Shown one piece after another: positions 9,895 through 22,942 of a stretch of DNA of 64,000 bases. Both the position numbers and the translations under genes were made by a program. Source of the DNA: Antedon mediterranea (taxonomy: Eukaryota; Animalia; Echinodermata); assembly GCF_964355755.1 (NCBI RefSeq), contig NC_092672.1, positions 9,486,001 through 9,550,000 on the forward strand. Reading direction: 5' to 3'. The notes under the pieces were generated by a model that saw only the letters and a list, made by a program, of their open reading frames with translations, was not told where the DNA came from and made no database searches. Each line of letters opens with the position of its first letter. Position 1 is the first letter of the stretch.

Positions 9895-10930
9895 TAGATA
9901 ATGTTTCACTAATGAATACGTTTCTTCAAGTATAAATTATAAGTTAAGCAGTTAGTGGCAGTAGTGACCACTTTTAGATTAGGTGTTGACTGTATTACTG
10001 TATATTTTAGAAGCTATAATATGAATTGTTATTTATTTATTTATTCTTTATACTGGGTAACCTCTTCAGTAAAACAAACTGTTCTCCCAGCCCAAAAATC
10101 ACAATCACTATAAAATTATAAACAATTTAAAACAAAGCAACGATACACATTTGAATCGAGTTATCAAGTACAAAGTAACAAACCTGAACAAAATAACGTA
10201 TATAATTGTTTCATGTCAATATTTAAATTAGAAATAGAAGAAGAAAAAAGATATGTATTTCTTACATTCAGTAGTTGTGAAATATTCACGTTATCAATAA
10301 AATGAATTGTGATCCAATAAAAAAAAGTAAGTCTATCGTTATGTCGCAATGTATAACGTTACTCCAACGTAATACACCACCACATAAGGAAACAGGGACT
10401 AAACTTTTTTTACAGCTCAAAAACTGGTAAATCTTCATTATACTAAGAAAAGTATGAATGCATATTTTTACCGGTACTGTTCTCCTTTGGATCCGGTATT
10501 AAGGTTACCATTTTGGGTGATTAAAGGTTATGTACATTATATTGGCTTCCCTGCTTTCTCTTATTTATGTTTGTGTCAGATATGTAAATGATCGATTGAT
10601 ATTTATACCACGGAGAAATAACTTCTATCTAACATCGGCTGACAATCGCACGTTGAGTGACGTCAACAAATGTTCTACAAAAACAATCCGACATAACATA
10701 AGATTCCCTTGGTTGTACAACCATGATAAGTAGTGCTCTGTCGTTCCTCGGAATAGTGAACATCTCGAGTTATCTGTATCTTTAATAGCCCAAATATTAA
10801 ACAGCGCACCCTATTTGCTCATATTCTAAGCGCTTAAGTTATATAAACATTGTTCATATGGGTAAATGAAGTTTATGGGTAAAAGAATAGTTTTTTTTAT
10901 CGATATTTATAATACTACTGTCTGCTACTA

Positions 10931-11250
10931 TACCCATGTTGGTTATACTCGCGCACAGTAATAATGAATAGGATACGATTAAAATCAGCGAAAAGTTTAC
11001 CACTGTGTGTACTCTATACCCATTTTGGTTGTACTCGCGCACATTGATAATGAATAAGATACGATTAAAATCAGCGAGAATTTTACCACTGTGCGTACTC
11101 TATACCCATTTTGGTTGTACTCGCGCACAGTGATAATGATTGGGATACAATTAAAATCCGCGAGAAGTTTACCACTGTGCGCAGTATGTACCAATTTTGA
11201 TTGTACTCGCGAACAGTGATAATGATTAAAATCAATGAGAAGTTTACCAC
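10931..11250. repeat. 86-bp tandem repeat, ~3.7 units
   Basis: Units start at 10931, 11017, 11103, 11189 (tacccattttggttgtactcgcgcacag...tttaccact); absent from the paralogous region near 20650-20700. Confidence 0.85.
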
Positions 11251-11560
11251 TACGTTTCAACGTAGGCCTACATGGCTGACCTACTGTAACATTCAGTCTC
11301 AAATGGTGGGTAACCTTGCCATCATATTATAAAACTGCAAAAGAAATTGATGCATTTTGGGAATTCAAAATATATTTATTTTATTTATTTTACTCAAGAT
11401 TACGTATAACAATAATAATCAACGACAAAGTGGAGTGGAATACATTGCATGATGATATAAAAGTTGATGGCTTGAAAAGTGTCACGAAAATCACTTACAT
11501 TCAATCTGACGTCCCGAAACGAAAGACCGCTACTAATTCATGAAATTACGACAAATACTT

Positions 11561-11830
11561 AACCTAACCCAGTCATACCGTCCAGTTTCGAACCTAACCC
11601 AGTCATACCGTCCAGTTTCGAACCTAACCCAGTCATACCGTCCAGTTTCGAACCTAACCCAGTCATACCGTCCAGTTTCGAACCTAACCCAGTCATACCG
11701 TCCAGTTTCGAAACTAACCCAGTCATACCGTCCAGTTTCGAACCTAACCCAGTCATACCGTCCAGTTTCGAACCTAACTCAGTCATACCGTCCAGTTTCG
11801 AACCTAACCCAGTCATACCGTCCAGTTTCG
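11561..11830. repeat. 30-bp minisatellite x9 (AACCTAACCCAGTCATACCGTCCAGTTTCG)
   Basis: Nine near-perfect head-to-tail units, only two substitutions, no spacers. Confidence 0.97.
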
Positions 11831-12304
11831 AAAACTCTCTGAATATTTGTTGATTGCTTAAGCTGGTATGCATGTTAGTGGTTAATCAAAATATATTTTT
11901 AAAATATTAGTTTTAGTACTAACTTTAATTTGCATTTATCAAGGTGATATATAAGCTTACATATTGTATTTACAATTGTCCGAACTTGACAATTAACATA
12001 TTTAGGTCAACGTATTCATTACCATTTTGAATTAATGTATTAAATATGTATTTACATTTTTATGATTTGTTTTCCTCAGCCAATTGTTGGTAGTTAATTT
12101 ACATCGTAAGACGAGTACGACAACATCACAACGACCCAAATACAAGAAAATGGTAAATATTAGTGAAGGTTAAAATATGACATGTTCGTTTAAATCGTGA
12201 ATGTATCATATCATTTGCATTTCGTTAGGTAAGTTAACATCCAAATTCATTATAAATTACTATCCACTACTACGTATTAATATGCCTATTTTATTTCCAT
12301 CTAG

Positions 12305-13406
12305 ATGATGGAAAATGTCGATGTATACGACAGTTACAGCTCGGAGTATTTCTATGATTGGAGTTACTACTTTTCGACAAACATGACTGCTGACTGGGAT
12401 GACTTCATTGAATCAATTTCATATACATTGAAGGATATAATTGTTATAGCCATTTATGCCTATTGTCGTTATTTTTGGCATAATCGGAAATATCACAACT
12501 ATTACTGTGATAGCTAGACATCAGCACATGCGCACTTCTGTTAATGTGTATTTAGCCGATTTGGCGATTGCGGATACGTTGTTTCTTGTATTCGCACCTG
12601 ATTTAATATGGACTTCTTTTGTTGATGGCCCACTACGAGATGAGTATAATATCGGTGTTGAAAAAACATGGTTTTGCAAGCTCAACTTCTACGTCGTCGA
12701 TACTACAATGCAAGTGGCTATTTTCACAATCTTTGCGATGTCCATAGACCGATATCGGGCAATCTGTCATCCTATTAAATTTCGTACCAGTAAGTCAGGA
12801 TCGGTATCTAGAACCATAAAGACATGTTGCTTTATATGGTGTATAACTTTAGCATGGCAGTCGAGGAAACTTGTTTGGGTAGAAATGGTCGCATTTAAAT
12901 TCCCATGGCCTGACATGTATAATGGAGTTCCAAATTCGACAACAACATGTGTTTATTGTGCTGATGAATTAGACTGTAAAATCAATGATTATCTGTATGC
13001 GTTTGATACTTGTTTATCTTTGGCACTTATTTTAGTTGTAGTTGGTCTTTATACGGCAATGTTGGTCACCCTTAGAAGATCGAAATTCACTGCAGCTACT
13101 TCCACAGGTAACAAATTAAGATCTAAATCCGAAAAGAAAGTTTTCATCACAGTGTTTCTGACCGTCACCGTCTACATTGTTTGTGTTGCACCATTTGGGA
13201 TTTTCAATAATATTCTAAGCTATGGAAATGTTGATTATAGTACTGCACTCCAAGTAATCAATATAATCCGTGTTGCACTATATATCAATTCGTCGGTAAA
13301 TCCTATCATATATAATGCTGTAAATGATACCTTTAGAAAAGCATTTCTAAATATATTTTATTTCAATAATGAAAAAAGAAAACACACGCCAATGCCCATA
13401 CAGTGA
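12305..13406 (+). pseudogene. GPCR copy G2, 2-bp frameshift at the start of TM1 (downstream 316-aa ORF intact)
   Basis: GCCATTTATGCC at ~12449 versus GCCATATTTATGCC in G1; ORFs 12305-12517 and 12456-13406 join into a full receptor. Confidence 0.8.
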
Positions 13407-14481
13407 CTTCTGTTACACATGCAGCATATTCATCCTCGACAAATATTTAATACAATATAATGTGATGCATATGAACAATAATTAACTACCAAAACCATGC
13501 CTACAAGATTATATATTCAAATAAACACCGCAAGTTAGAAACTCGTGCATTAGTGCCCCAATTCTGTATTTATTGTCTTTTTATGTTAGTCCACCAGTCG
13601 GCTTTTCGATTTTTTTTGCCTGACGAGCTCAAGTAGTATACGTATCAAACGCCATATGTGCCAAAAACATTTATCTTTTTACTAATATTAAGTGAAAAAC
13701 TCCGTCTAGAACCCGGGCTAATAATGATATAATCGACGTACGGTGTATCGAGTTATGTTTCACGATTTTTTCAGGAAAGATATTTAGACATAACATCCCT
13801 CTTTTACACCAATACCTTCTTTGAACAACACATTCCAATTTCTTCTACAACTGCGCATTTACTCTTACTATAAATTCCTCGTATGACGTTCTGGAATACC
13901 TTTACCTTTAGTATGAATATTTTCTTTCACCTCTCTAAAACTCTCCCGTGAAAACTGTTAACATTGACCATTTTCTATTGCTATTTCTAGGCCTATTTCT
14001 GCAGTCAACATTTATAATATTAAAAGGCTAATACAGAAAGCATTTATTTGAGTTTGAGCTGACATGCGTTTCAAAACAATAAAAATAATATTTAATCTTC
14101 TGACCCTGTAGAGTTTTTATTATTATTAAAGGACATGTTAATTAATATATTGGTGATTTTAGTTAATGCCTATTTCAGAGATCCTTGTCGGTGATTAAAA
14201 GTTACTTACAGTATTGACCGTACTTCAAGATTAATCTAACTTTAGCCATTATATCAGGTATTTAAAATGATCATCAGATATAATTTTACTCAGTTTTTGT
14301 GAACACTGCTACCTTACCACCAGTTCACACACGCACTCTCTACACATATTGGGTGACAACCAAAAGTACGGTAGGTATTGCTGAAGCCTTCTATATTTGC
14401 ACGATAAACAGTATATCCCTTCATTTACTTCTGGAAATACATGCATTTTATTGTTTAAAAATATATATTATATACTTATAG

Positions 14482-15560
14482 ATGGGTAATGATGATGTCA
14501 ACTATAGTAGCTCAGAATAATATGTCTATGTATCACGGAGCGACTACCTGTACTCTTCAACGAATATGACTGACTGGGATGACTTTATTCACCCAATATC
14601 ATACACAATGATGGATAAAATCGTCATCACGGTATTTATGCCGATTGTCGTTATGTTTGGTACAATTGGAAACATAATGACCATTATTGTGATTTTTAGG
14701 TATCTGCACATGCGCAATTCTGTTACTGTGTATTTAGCCAATACGTTGTTTCTTGCGTTAGCACCTGGTTTAATATGGACTTCTTTTGTTGATGGTCCAC
14801 TACGCAGCGAGTATAATATCGGTGTTGAAAAAACATGGTTTTGCAAATTCAACTTCTACGTCGTCGATACTACAATGCAAGTGGCGATTTTCACAATCTT
14901 CGCGATGACCATCGACCGATATCGAGCAATCTGTTATCCTTTTAAATTTCGTACCAGTAAGTCAGGATCGTTTTCTAGAACCATACCGATATGTTGCTTT
15001 ATATGGTGTATAACACTAGTATGGCAGTCACGGAAACTTGTTTGGGTAGACATGATCGAATATCAATTCCAATGGCCTGACATGTATAATGGCGTTCCAA
15101 ATTCGACAACAACATGTGTTTATTGTGTTGATTGTAAAATAAATGATTATCTTTATGTGTTTGATACTTCTTTATCATTGACACTTATTTTAGTTGTTGT
15201 TGGTTTGTATACAACACTGTTGGTCACGCTTAAAAGATCTCCTTTTACTGCAGCCAATTCAACAGGTTACACATCAAGATCAAAATCAGAGAAGAAAGTT
15301 TTCCTGGCAGTGATTCTGACCGTCACCGTCTACATTGCTTGTACTGCTCTATTTGGTATTTTTCCATTATTATATTAAGCAGTCTAACTGTTGATTTTAA
15401 CACTGCAATCAAAACAATTAATATACTCCGTGTTGCACTATATATAAATTCGTCGGTAAATCCTATCATATATAATGCTGTAAATGATACCTTTAGAAAA
15501 GCTTTTCTAAATACAGTAAGGCCTAATTGTAAAAATAATTGTAGGAAGAGAATAAAGTAA
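14482..15560 (+). pseudogene. GPCR copy G3, pseudogene
   Basis: TAA at 14518-14520, in-frame loss of LAIAD (D2.50), P6.50>L, frameshift near 15361. Confidence 0.9.
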
Positions 15561-16493
15561 GATATGTCTAATATATAAAATAATAAAATGTCTAATACTG
15601 TGTAATCGAAAAGCTCTTTTAACTAGTATTATTGTATTTGTATTTATTTGTATTTTGTATTAATAGTAGATAGGAGTACATTATCATACTTTAATTAACA
15701 TATAATCCAATAAACACTTGTCAAACGTTCTGCAGTAGTTGTCATTACTACAGAATTGTATGGACGCGAACATTTCAACGATTGGACCGAAATTCATGGG
15801 CGAAAAAAAGTAAAAGTCAATTAAGATATTAATATTTAATTTTAATTCGTATATATTTCATTTATATTAGGCCTATAATTTTGGTTCAACAGAAAAGTAA
15901 AAAATACAATACAATTTAATGTTGCTTACCCTACAATTCTTGTCGTCTAGAAACGAAGATTATTTTGTTTGTTATTTTATACAATGTGCATGTGGTTATG
16001 GAGTGTGTGGCCGTACCGTCCCATAATAAACATTTTAAACAGATAGTTTGTCTCCGTTGTTTCTTGTATGAGGTTAACGGGGACTGAGATGATATTCCAG
16101 TAGAAAGAAACACAACACTGCGACACGATAATAAACTGTAAAATGTAATATTTTGTATCAAGGGAGCAGTTCCTAAATCCTCAGCATGTGAGATACAAAT
16201 AGATCTTGTAGTAGAACCCCTTCTATATCTATAGTATAGTCGCACAGTTTCATGTAGACAACAATATTACTATACATGTTAACGACAGCGCGATTTTCCA
16301 TCACCTACCCTAATTTACATATTTAACAGGTGTACTGGTTTTGTTGATACTGTTTAAACATTGTTGTTATACATGTGCGTACACCTTTAATTACCATATT
16401 ATGTCTATCTTTAAAATAAATTGAAGAAATACTAAACCTGCTAACCTATTTAGTAGATTGTTCGATGAAAATACATCTCGTTTGAAGGCGTAT

Positions 16494-16920
16494 ACACTGT
16501 AAAAATAATGTTTAGATCTTAAACACGTATTTTGTACCATCTTTTCTCACACATTTAGCATTCAAAATGTTTAGATTTAGGTTTTAAATACATTTTAAAC
16601 ATGTACCGTAATCTGCATCCAACTCAATACATCAGTGGCATCTTGATTGTTAAACATAATGTAAAAATATAAAGACACGTTTAGGTTTTAAACGTGTTTA
16701 ATTTGCCATGTATGGAGTTCATGTGTGGAGGTGACTGCTATATAAGTGGAGGACAACAACACGTAGCTATAAACACGTTTAGGTTTTAAACACGAAAAAC
16801 ATGTACCTACTTGTTTAAAAGCTAAATGTGTTTTATTCTAAAACTAAATCTATATATATTATAATGTTGACTTGAAACACTTTTCTTGAAACAACCATAC
16901 GTGTCTGACAGTACAGTAAA
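16494..16920. mobile_element. Probable degenerate MITE with internal TTTAAACACG-type repeats
   Basis: Starts ACACTGTAAAAA with repeated taaacacgtttaggttttaaac motifs; right end poorly defined. Confidence 0.35.
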
Positions 16921-17380
16921 AAATTAATCTGTTTTTTTAGTTTCTATAACGTTTTTTTGTAATTACTGTATTATTAAAAACAGATTTAAGATATTAATCA
17001 AAGGTATTATGTTCTACATTAATAATACTTTAGATCCTGTCTATAATATTTTTTTTGGTGGTACCACTTACGGTAATTAAAAGTTATTTACTGCAGCTTT
17101 GACCGTACCTGAAGATTAATTTAATGTTTTGTCCTTCTATCGGGTATTTAAATGATCGTTAGATATTTTTGTACTTAGTTTTGGTGAAAACGACTGCCTC
17201 GCCACAAGAACACACGCACTGTAAAACATCGGATGACAAGCAAAGGTACGGTACGTATTGCTGAGTGTTTTTTAAGTGTTCTATTCGCACTATCAATGGT
17301 ATGTTGGCTTTATGGGGAGCTTAATTTGTATGTAGTATGCTAATGTATACGCAGTAATTTTTTCTTATTTATATTTCCAG

Positions 17381-18538
17381 ATGGGCAACGAGGAAGCCTC
17401 CTACGATAGTAGCTCAGAATATTTCTATCAATCATGGACCGACTATTCTTCAATGAACATGAGCGACTGGGATGACTTCATTCAATCAATTTCATATACA
17501 ATGGTGGATAAAATCGTCATCACAATATTTATGCCGATTGTGGTTATTTTTGGTATAATTGGAAATATAATGATTATAACTGTGATAGCTAAAAATCAGC
17601 GCATGCGTACTTCGGTTTACGTATATTTAGCTAACTTGGCGATTGCGGATATGTTGTTTCTTACGTTGGCACCTGATTTATCATGGACTTCAATTGTTAA
17701 TGGCCCAATACGAGACGAATATAATATCGGTGTTGAACAAAAATGGATTTGCAAGTTCAACTTTTACGTCGTCGACACTACAGTTCAAGTTGCAATTTTC
17801 ACAATCGTCGCGATGTCCATCGAACGATATCGGGCAATCTGTCATCCTATTACATTTCGAAGTAATAAGTCCAGGTCGATGTTAAGAGCCACACAGATAT
17901 GTTGCTTGATATGGTGTATAACTTTAGCATGGCAGTCGAGGAAACTTGTTTGGATAGAAATGATCACACACCAATTTCCATGGCCTGACATGTATAATGG
18001 AGTCCCAAACTTAACAAAAACTTGTGTTTATTGTAATGATGAATTCGACTGTAAAATTGATGAAACTCTGTGGGTGTTTGATACTTGTTTAACGTTGACG
18101 CTTATTTTAGTTGTTGTAGGTTTGTATACGGCAATTTTAGTCAAGCTTAGGAAATCTAAATTCAGTGCAGCCAATTCCACAGGTAGCAAACAAAGATCAA
18201 AATCTGAGACGAAAGTTTTCCTGACTGTGTTTCTGATTGTCACTGTCTATATTGTTTGTATTGCGCCATTCGAGTTTCTGACTGTTGTCCTAATTGTTAG
18301 CGATTACGGAGATGATTTTGCTATTAAAACAATTAATATACTCCGTGTTGCACTATATATAAATTCATCGGTAAATCCAATCATATACAATGCTGTGAAT
18401 AATGAGTTTAGACGAGCTTTTCAAGAAATGTTTAATTGTAAAAAAAATGAGAAGTCAAAGCCAACGTCTGATAATACTGACCGTACACTAACTGCTGTTT
18501 CATGTGTGTCACACTCAATGACAGGTACACAACCATAG
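17381..18538 (+). CDS. Orphan class A GPCR copy G4 (385 aa), intact
   Basis: Full 7TM ORF, LAIAD, MSIERY, NPIIY; ttccAG|ATG. Confidence 0.93.
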   Translation: MGNEEASYDSSSEYFYQSWTDYSSMNMSDWDDFIQSISYTMVDKIVITIFMPIVVIFGIIGNIMIITVIAKNQRMRTSVYVYLANLAIADMLFLTLAPDLSWTSIVNGPIRDEYNIGVEQKWICKFNFYVVDTTVQVAIFTIVAMSIERYRAICHPITFRSNKSRSMLRATQICCLIWCITLAWQSRKLVWIEMITHQFPWPDMYNGVPNLTKTCVYCNDEFDCKIDETLWVFDTCLTLTLILVVVGLYTAILVKLRKSKFSAANSTGSKQRSKSETKVFLTVFLIVTVYIVCIAPFEFLTVVLIVSDYGDDFAIKTINILRVALYINSSVNPIIYNAVNNEFRRAFQEMFNCKKNEKSKPTSDNTDRTLTAVSCVSHSMTGTQP

Positions 18539-21479
18539 CATCAAAAGTTTTATATCTTAATAATAAAGTGCTTTTGTGTGGTCAGTAGTATAAAGTACAA
18601 ATCTGAATCCAAACTGGCAATACTATTATTTTAAAATATCAATAATACTATGATATAGACAAAGAACTTACTGTCATTTAAACAAGGCCATATACATGGC
18701 TGTAGTCGCATGCGTTTACCGACATTTAGAGTTTACCGACCGATCGACATAGTTAGCTATAGCATAGGTAACATAAGGTAAACATGATTGTATTATAGAG
18801 AAAAAACACTGTAGTACATTATTATTAGAAAAAGAAATAAATACGTGTCTATGTGGTATTGTAGTTATTTTTAATAAAATTGTTTCTTAGATCTTATGTG
18901 TTTGTATTTTGTTTTCTTGTTTATGCAGACACGCACAACACTTTAGTCTTAAACTAAATACTTCAATCATTATTATAAATCACCGTTTGTAGTGACTATG
19001 CTACCAGCCTAAATTATCAAATGTTATAATTATTCAAAAACTTTGTCAACAAAAATAAAAGAAATCAAATATCTTGTTACATTATACAGTCGTCTATGAA
19101 TCGTGACATTAATAATCAATTTAACCAAGTTATCTGTATCATGTGTTGTATCTATGAATGTTCCACCAGTTCCATCAGTAAGGTGGCTGAATAAGGTTTA
19201 GAATACGAAACTATACATACAATTTCCTCCTGCTTTAAATCTAGTTCAGCGTAAATGTATGTTGGAATAATAAGGTGCTTCCATAGTTAAACTATTAGCT
19301 TAATTTATTCTTCTTTTATTTGGAATGGGGGTGGCTAATATCATGTTTAATATACGCTATTATAGCTAATATCATGTTTGTCTACAGTCGATGTAAGTTA
19401 ATGAGTTCTATATTAGTTGTACGTTAGACTTACCCCTCTGTCTGTATTTATTGTCTTTTTATGTTAGTCCACCAGTCGACGTTTCAATTCTTGTCTGAAA
19501 AATATAAACTCAAGTAGTATACGTATGAAACGCCATATGTGCCAAGATATTTATATTTTTACTAATATTAAGTCAAAACTCCGTCTGGAACCCAAACTAG
19601 TTATACGTTTAATTGAGCGCATGCCCTATCATGTTCATCGACAGATACAACTTCTCTATCGTCCTTGACGTTTTGAATTTTCTAATTGTTATCATTGGAA
19701 TCATTTAACGATTGGTTTTGTTTTGAAGTTTCACATATAAGGAAAAGTATGATTGAATGAAACTAAAATGAATGTTTCAAATAAACATTCTTCTAGGCTA
19801 GAGGCTCTGCATGTTGATGATATCGTTGATTGTCGTCTCAGTTCTTTTTGACGAAATCAGTTTTCCATCTGAAAATTCCAACAAACTATGTTCGTGTAGA
19901 TAAGTATCCTTTCTTCTGGTTTCTATCCTTTGTTGTTTTTTTTTTCATGTTGTTGCTCATTCTGTATATGTATTCTTTTGTTTTTGCGCTGCATTTCTTA
20001 CATACTGTAATTGTGAAATATTCACGTTATTAAAAAATTGAAGTGATCCAATAAAAATAAAGAAAGTCTATCGTTATGTCTCAATGTATAACGTTACTCC
20101 AACGTAATACACCACCACATAAGGAAAAAGGGACCAAACATTTGTAACAGCTCAAAAACCGGTAAATCCTCATTATACTAAGAAAAGTATGAATGCATAT
20201 TTTTACCCGTACTGTTCTCCTTTGGATCCGGTATTAAGGTTACCATTTTGGGTGATTAAAAGTTATGTACATTATATTGGCTTCCCTGCTTTCTCTTATT
20301 TATGTTCGTGTCAGATATGTAATGATCTATCGATATTTTTATACCATGAACGGAGAAATAATTTACTATTTCTGCGTGGTTTTATCTAACATCGGCTGAA
20401 AATCGCTCCTTGCTGAAGAAAACATTTTCTACAAAGACAATCCAGCATAACATAAGATTGCCTTGGTTGTACAACCATGACAGGCAGTTCTCTGCCGTTT
20501 CTCGGAATAGTGAACATCTCTAGTTATCTATATCTTTAATATAGACCGAAATATTAAAAATATCGCGCCCTCTATCTCATTTTACCAAGTATTTGCTCAG
20601 ATTATAAGCGCTTAAGTTATATTAACGTTATTCATATGGGTAAATGATGACAATAGTTTCTGATTAAGGTATTTATATTAAGTGATGGCGTAGATACTTT
20701 TCAACGTACGTGGCTGGCCCACTGTAACATTCAATCTCAAATGGTGGGTAACATTGCCACCATATAAAACTGTAGAGGAATTTTTTGGAATTTAAATATA
20801 GGCCTATCCTTTTTATTTACTCAAATTACGTATAACAATAATAATTGACGATATACTTCAAACTCGAATGGAATACATTACATGATGATATAAAAGTGTA
20901 TGACTTGAAAAGAGTCGTGAAAATTACCCAAATTCAATCTAACCAAAGCCCGCTACTAATTCATGAACGATTCGTTCGTATATGAATTACGACAAATACT
21001 TTACCGAACCCAGTCATATCGTTTCCAAGACTCTCTGGATATTTGTCGATTGCTTATGCTGGTATGAATATAGTTGTTAATCAAACTATTTAAAATATTA
21101 GTTCAAGTACTTAATTTAATTTTAATTTATCAGGGTGATATATAAGCCTACATATATCTACAATTGTCCGAACTTGAAGATTAACATATTTAGGTCAACG
21201 TATACCGTTAGCATTTTAAATTAATGTATTAAATACGTATTTACATTTACGATTAGTTGTCCTCAGTCAATTGTTGGCAGTTAATTCTCATTAAGACGAG
21301 TACCACGACATCACAACCACCTAAATGGTAAATATTAGTGAAGTTTATAATTTGACATGTTAGTATAAATTGTGAATGCATCATATTATTTACATTTCGT
21401 TAGGTAAGTTAACATCCAAACTAATTATGCATTAGTATCCACTACTACGTATTAATAGGTGTATTTTATTTCCATCCAG

Positions 21480-22586
21480 ATGATGGAAAATGTCAATGCA
21501 TACGAAAGTTACAGCTCGGAGTATATCTATGATTGGAATTACTACACTTCAACAAACATGACCGATTGGGATGACTTCATTGAATCAATCTCATATACAA
21601 TGGTGGATAAAATCATCATCATCATATTTATGCCGATTGTCGTTGTTTTTGGCATAATTGGAAATATCACAACTATTGCTGTGATAGCTATAAATCGGCG
21701 TATGCGTACTTCGGTTAACGTATATTTAGCCAACTTGGCGATTGCGGATACGTTGTTTCTTGCGTTGGCACCTGATTTATCATGGACTTCAATTGTTAAT
21801 GGTCAACTACGCGATGAGTATAATATCGGTGTTGAAAAAACATGGATTTGCAAGTTCAACTTCTACGTCGTCGACACTACAGTCCAAGTTGCAATTTTTA
21901 CAATCCTCGCGATGTCCATCGAACGATATCGGGCAATCTGTCATCCTATTGCATTTCGAAGTAATAAGTCCCGATCGATGTTAAGAGCCACACAGGTATG
22001 TTGCTTGATATGGTGTATAACTTTAGCATGGCAGTCGAGGAAACTTGTTTGGATAGAAATGATCACACACCAATTTCCATGGCCTGACATGTATAATGGA
22101 GTCCCAAACTTAACAACAACTTGTGTTTATTGTAATGATGAATTCCACTGTAAAATTCATGAAACTCTGTGGGTGTTTGATATTTGTTTAACGTTGACGC
22201 TTATTTTAGTTGTTGTTGGTCTGTATACGGCAATTTTAGTCAAGCTTAGGAAATCTAAATTCAGTGCAGCCAATTCCACAGGTAACAATCCAAGATCAAA
22301 ATCTGAGATGAAAGTTTTCCTGACTGTGTTTCTGATTGTCACTGTCTATATTGTTTGTATTGCGCCATTCGCGTTTCTGAATGTTGTCCTAATTGTTAGC
22401 GAATACGGAGATGATTTTGCTATTAAAACAATTAATATACTCCGTGTTGCACTATATATAAATTCATCGGTAAATCCAATCATATACAATGCTGTGAATA
22501 ATGAGTTTAGACGAGCTTTTCAAGAAATGTTTAATTGTAAGAAAAGTGGGAAGTCAAAGCCAACTTCTGGTAACACTGTACACTAA
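21480..22586 (+). CDS. Orphan class A GPCR copy G5 (368 aa), intact, chimeric G2-like 5' / G4-like 3'
   Basis: ATG at 21480 after ccAG; MMENVNAYES N-terminus like G2, body and 3' flank like G4. Confidence 0.92.
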   Translation: MMENVNAYESYSSEYIYDWNYYTSTNMTDWDDFIESISYTMVDKIIIIIFMPIVVVFGIIGNITTIAVIAINRRMRTSVNVYLANLAIADTLFLALAPDLSWTSIVNGQLRDEYNIGVEKTWICKFNFYVVDTTVQVAIFTILAMSIERYRAICHPIAFRSNKSRSMLRATQVCCLIWCITLAWQSRKLVWIEMITHQFPWPDMYNGVPNLTTTCVYCNDEFHCKIHETLWVFDICLTLTLILVVVGLYTAILVKLRKSKFSAANSTGNNPRSKSEMKVFLTVFLIVTVYIVCIAPFAFLNVVLIVSEYGDDFAIKTINILRVALYINSSVNPIIYNAVNNEFRRAFQEMFNCKKSGKSKPTSGNTVH

Positions 22587-22825
22587 CTGCTGTTGCATGT
22601 GTATCAAACTAAACGAAAGGTACACAGCAATAACATCAACAGCTTTATATTTTAAATATGTTTACAAATTATGAATAATAATAAAGTGCTTTTTGTGTGT
22701 TCAGTAGTATAAAGTACAAATCTGAATCCATTTAACTTTGTTAACAAACTAGCAATACTATTACTTTAAAATAACAATAATACTGACAAGAGACAATGAT
22801 AGAGACAAAGAACTTGCTGTCATTT

Positions 22826-22942
22826 AAACAAGGCCATATACATGGCTGCAGTCGCATGCGTAAATGTATTTGGTGTTTACCGACATTTTAGTGTTTACTC
22901 ACCGATATAGTGAGCTAGAGTCTGGTTGCACGCGACTAAAAA
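22826..22942. mobile_element. Helentron-like short element (family of 7705-7813)
   Basis: aacaaggccatatacatggctgcagtcgc...gcacgcgactaaaa. Confidence 0.5.

Noticed and set aside
11561-11830. Interstitial telomere
   Set aside because: Only one CCTAACCC per 30-bp unit, not tandem TTAGGG.
11540-11873. Repeat ORFs on both strands (NLTQSYRPVS)n / (SKLDGMTGLG)n, and possible CRISPR
   Set aside because: By-product of a stop-free 30-bp unit; no spacers, eukaryotic context, and the paralogous site has a single unit.
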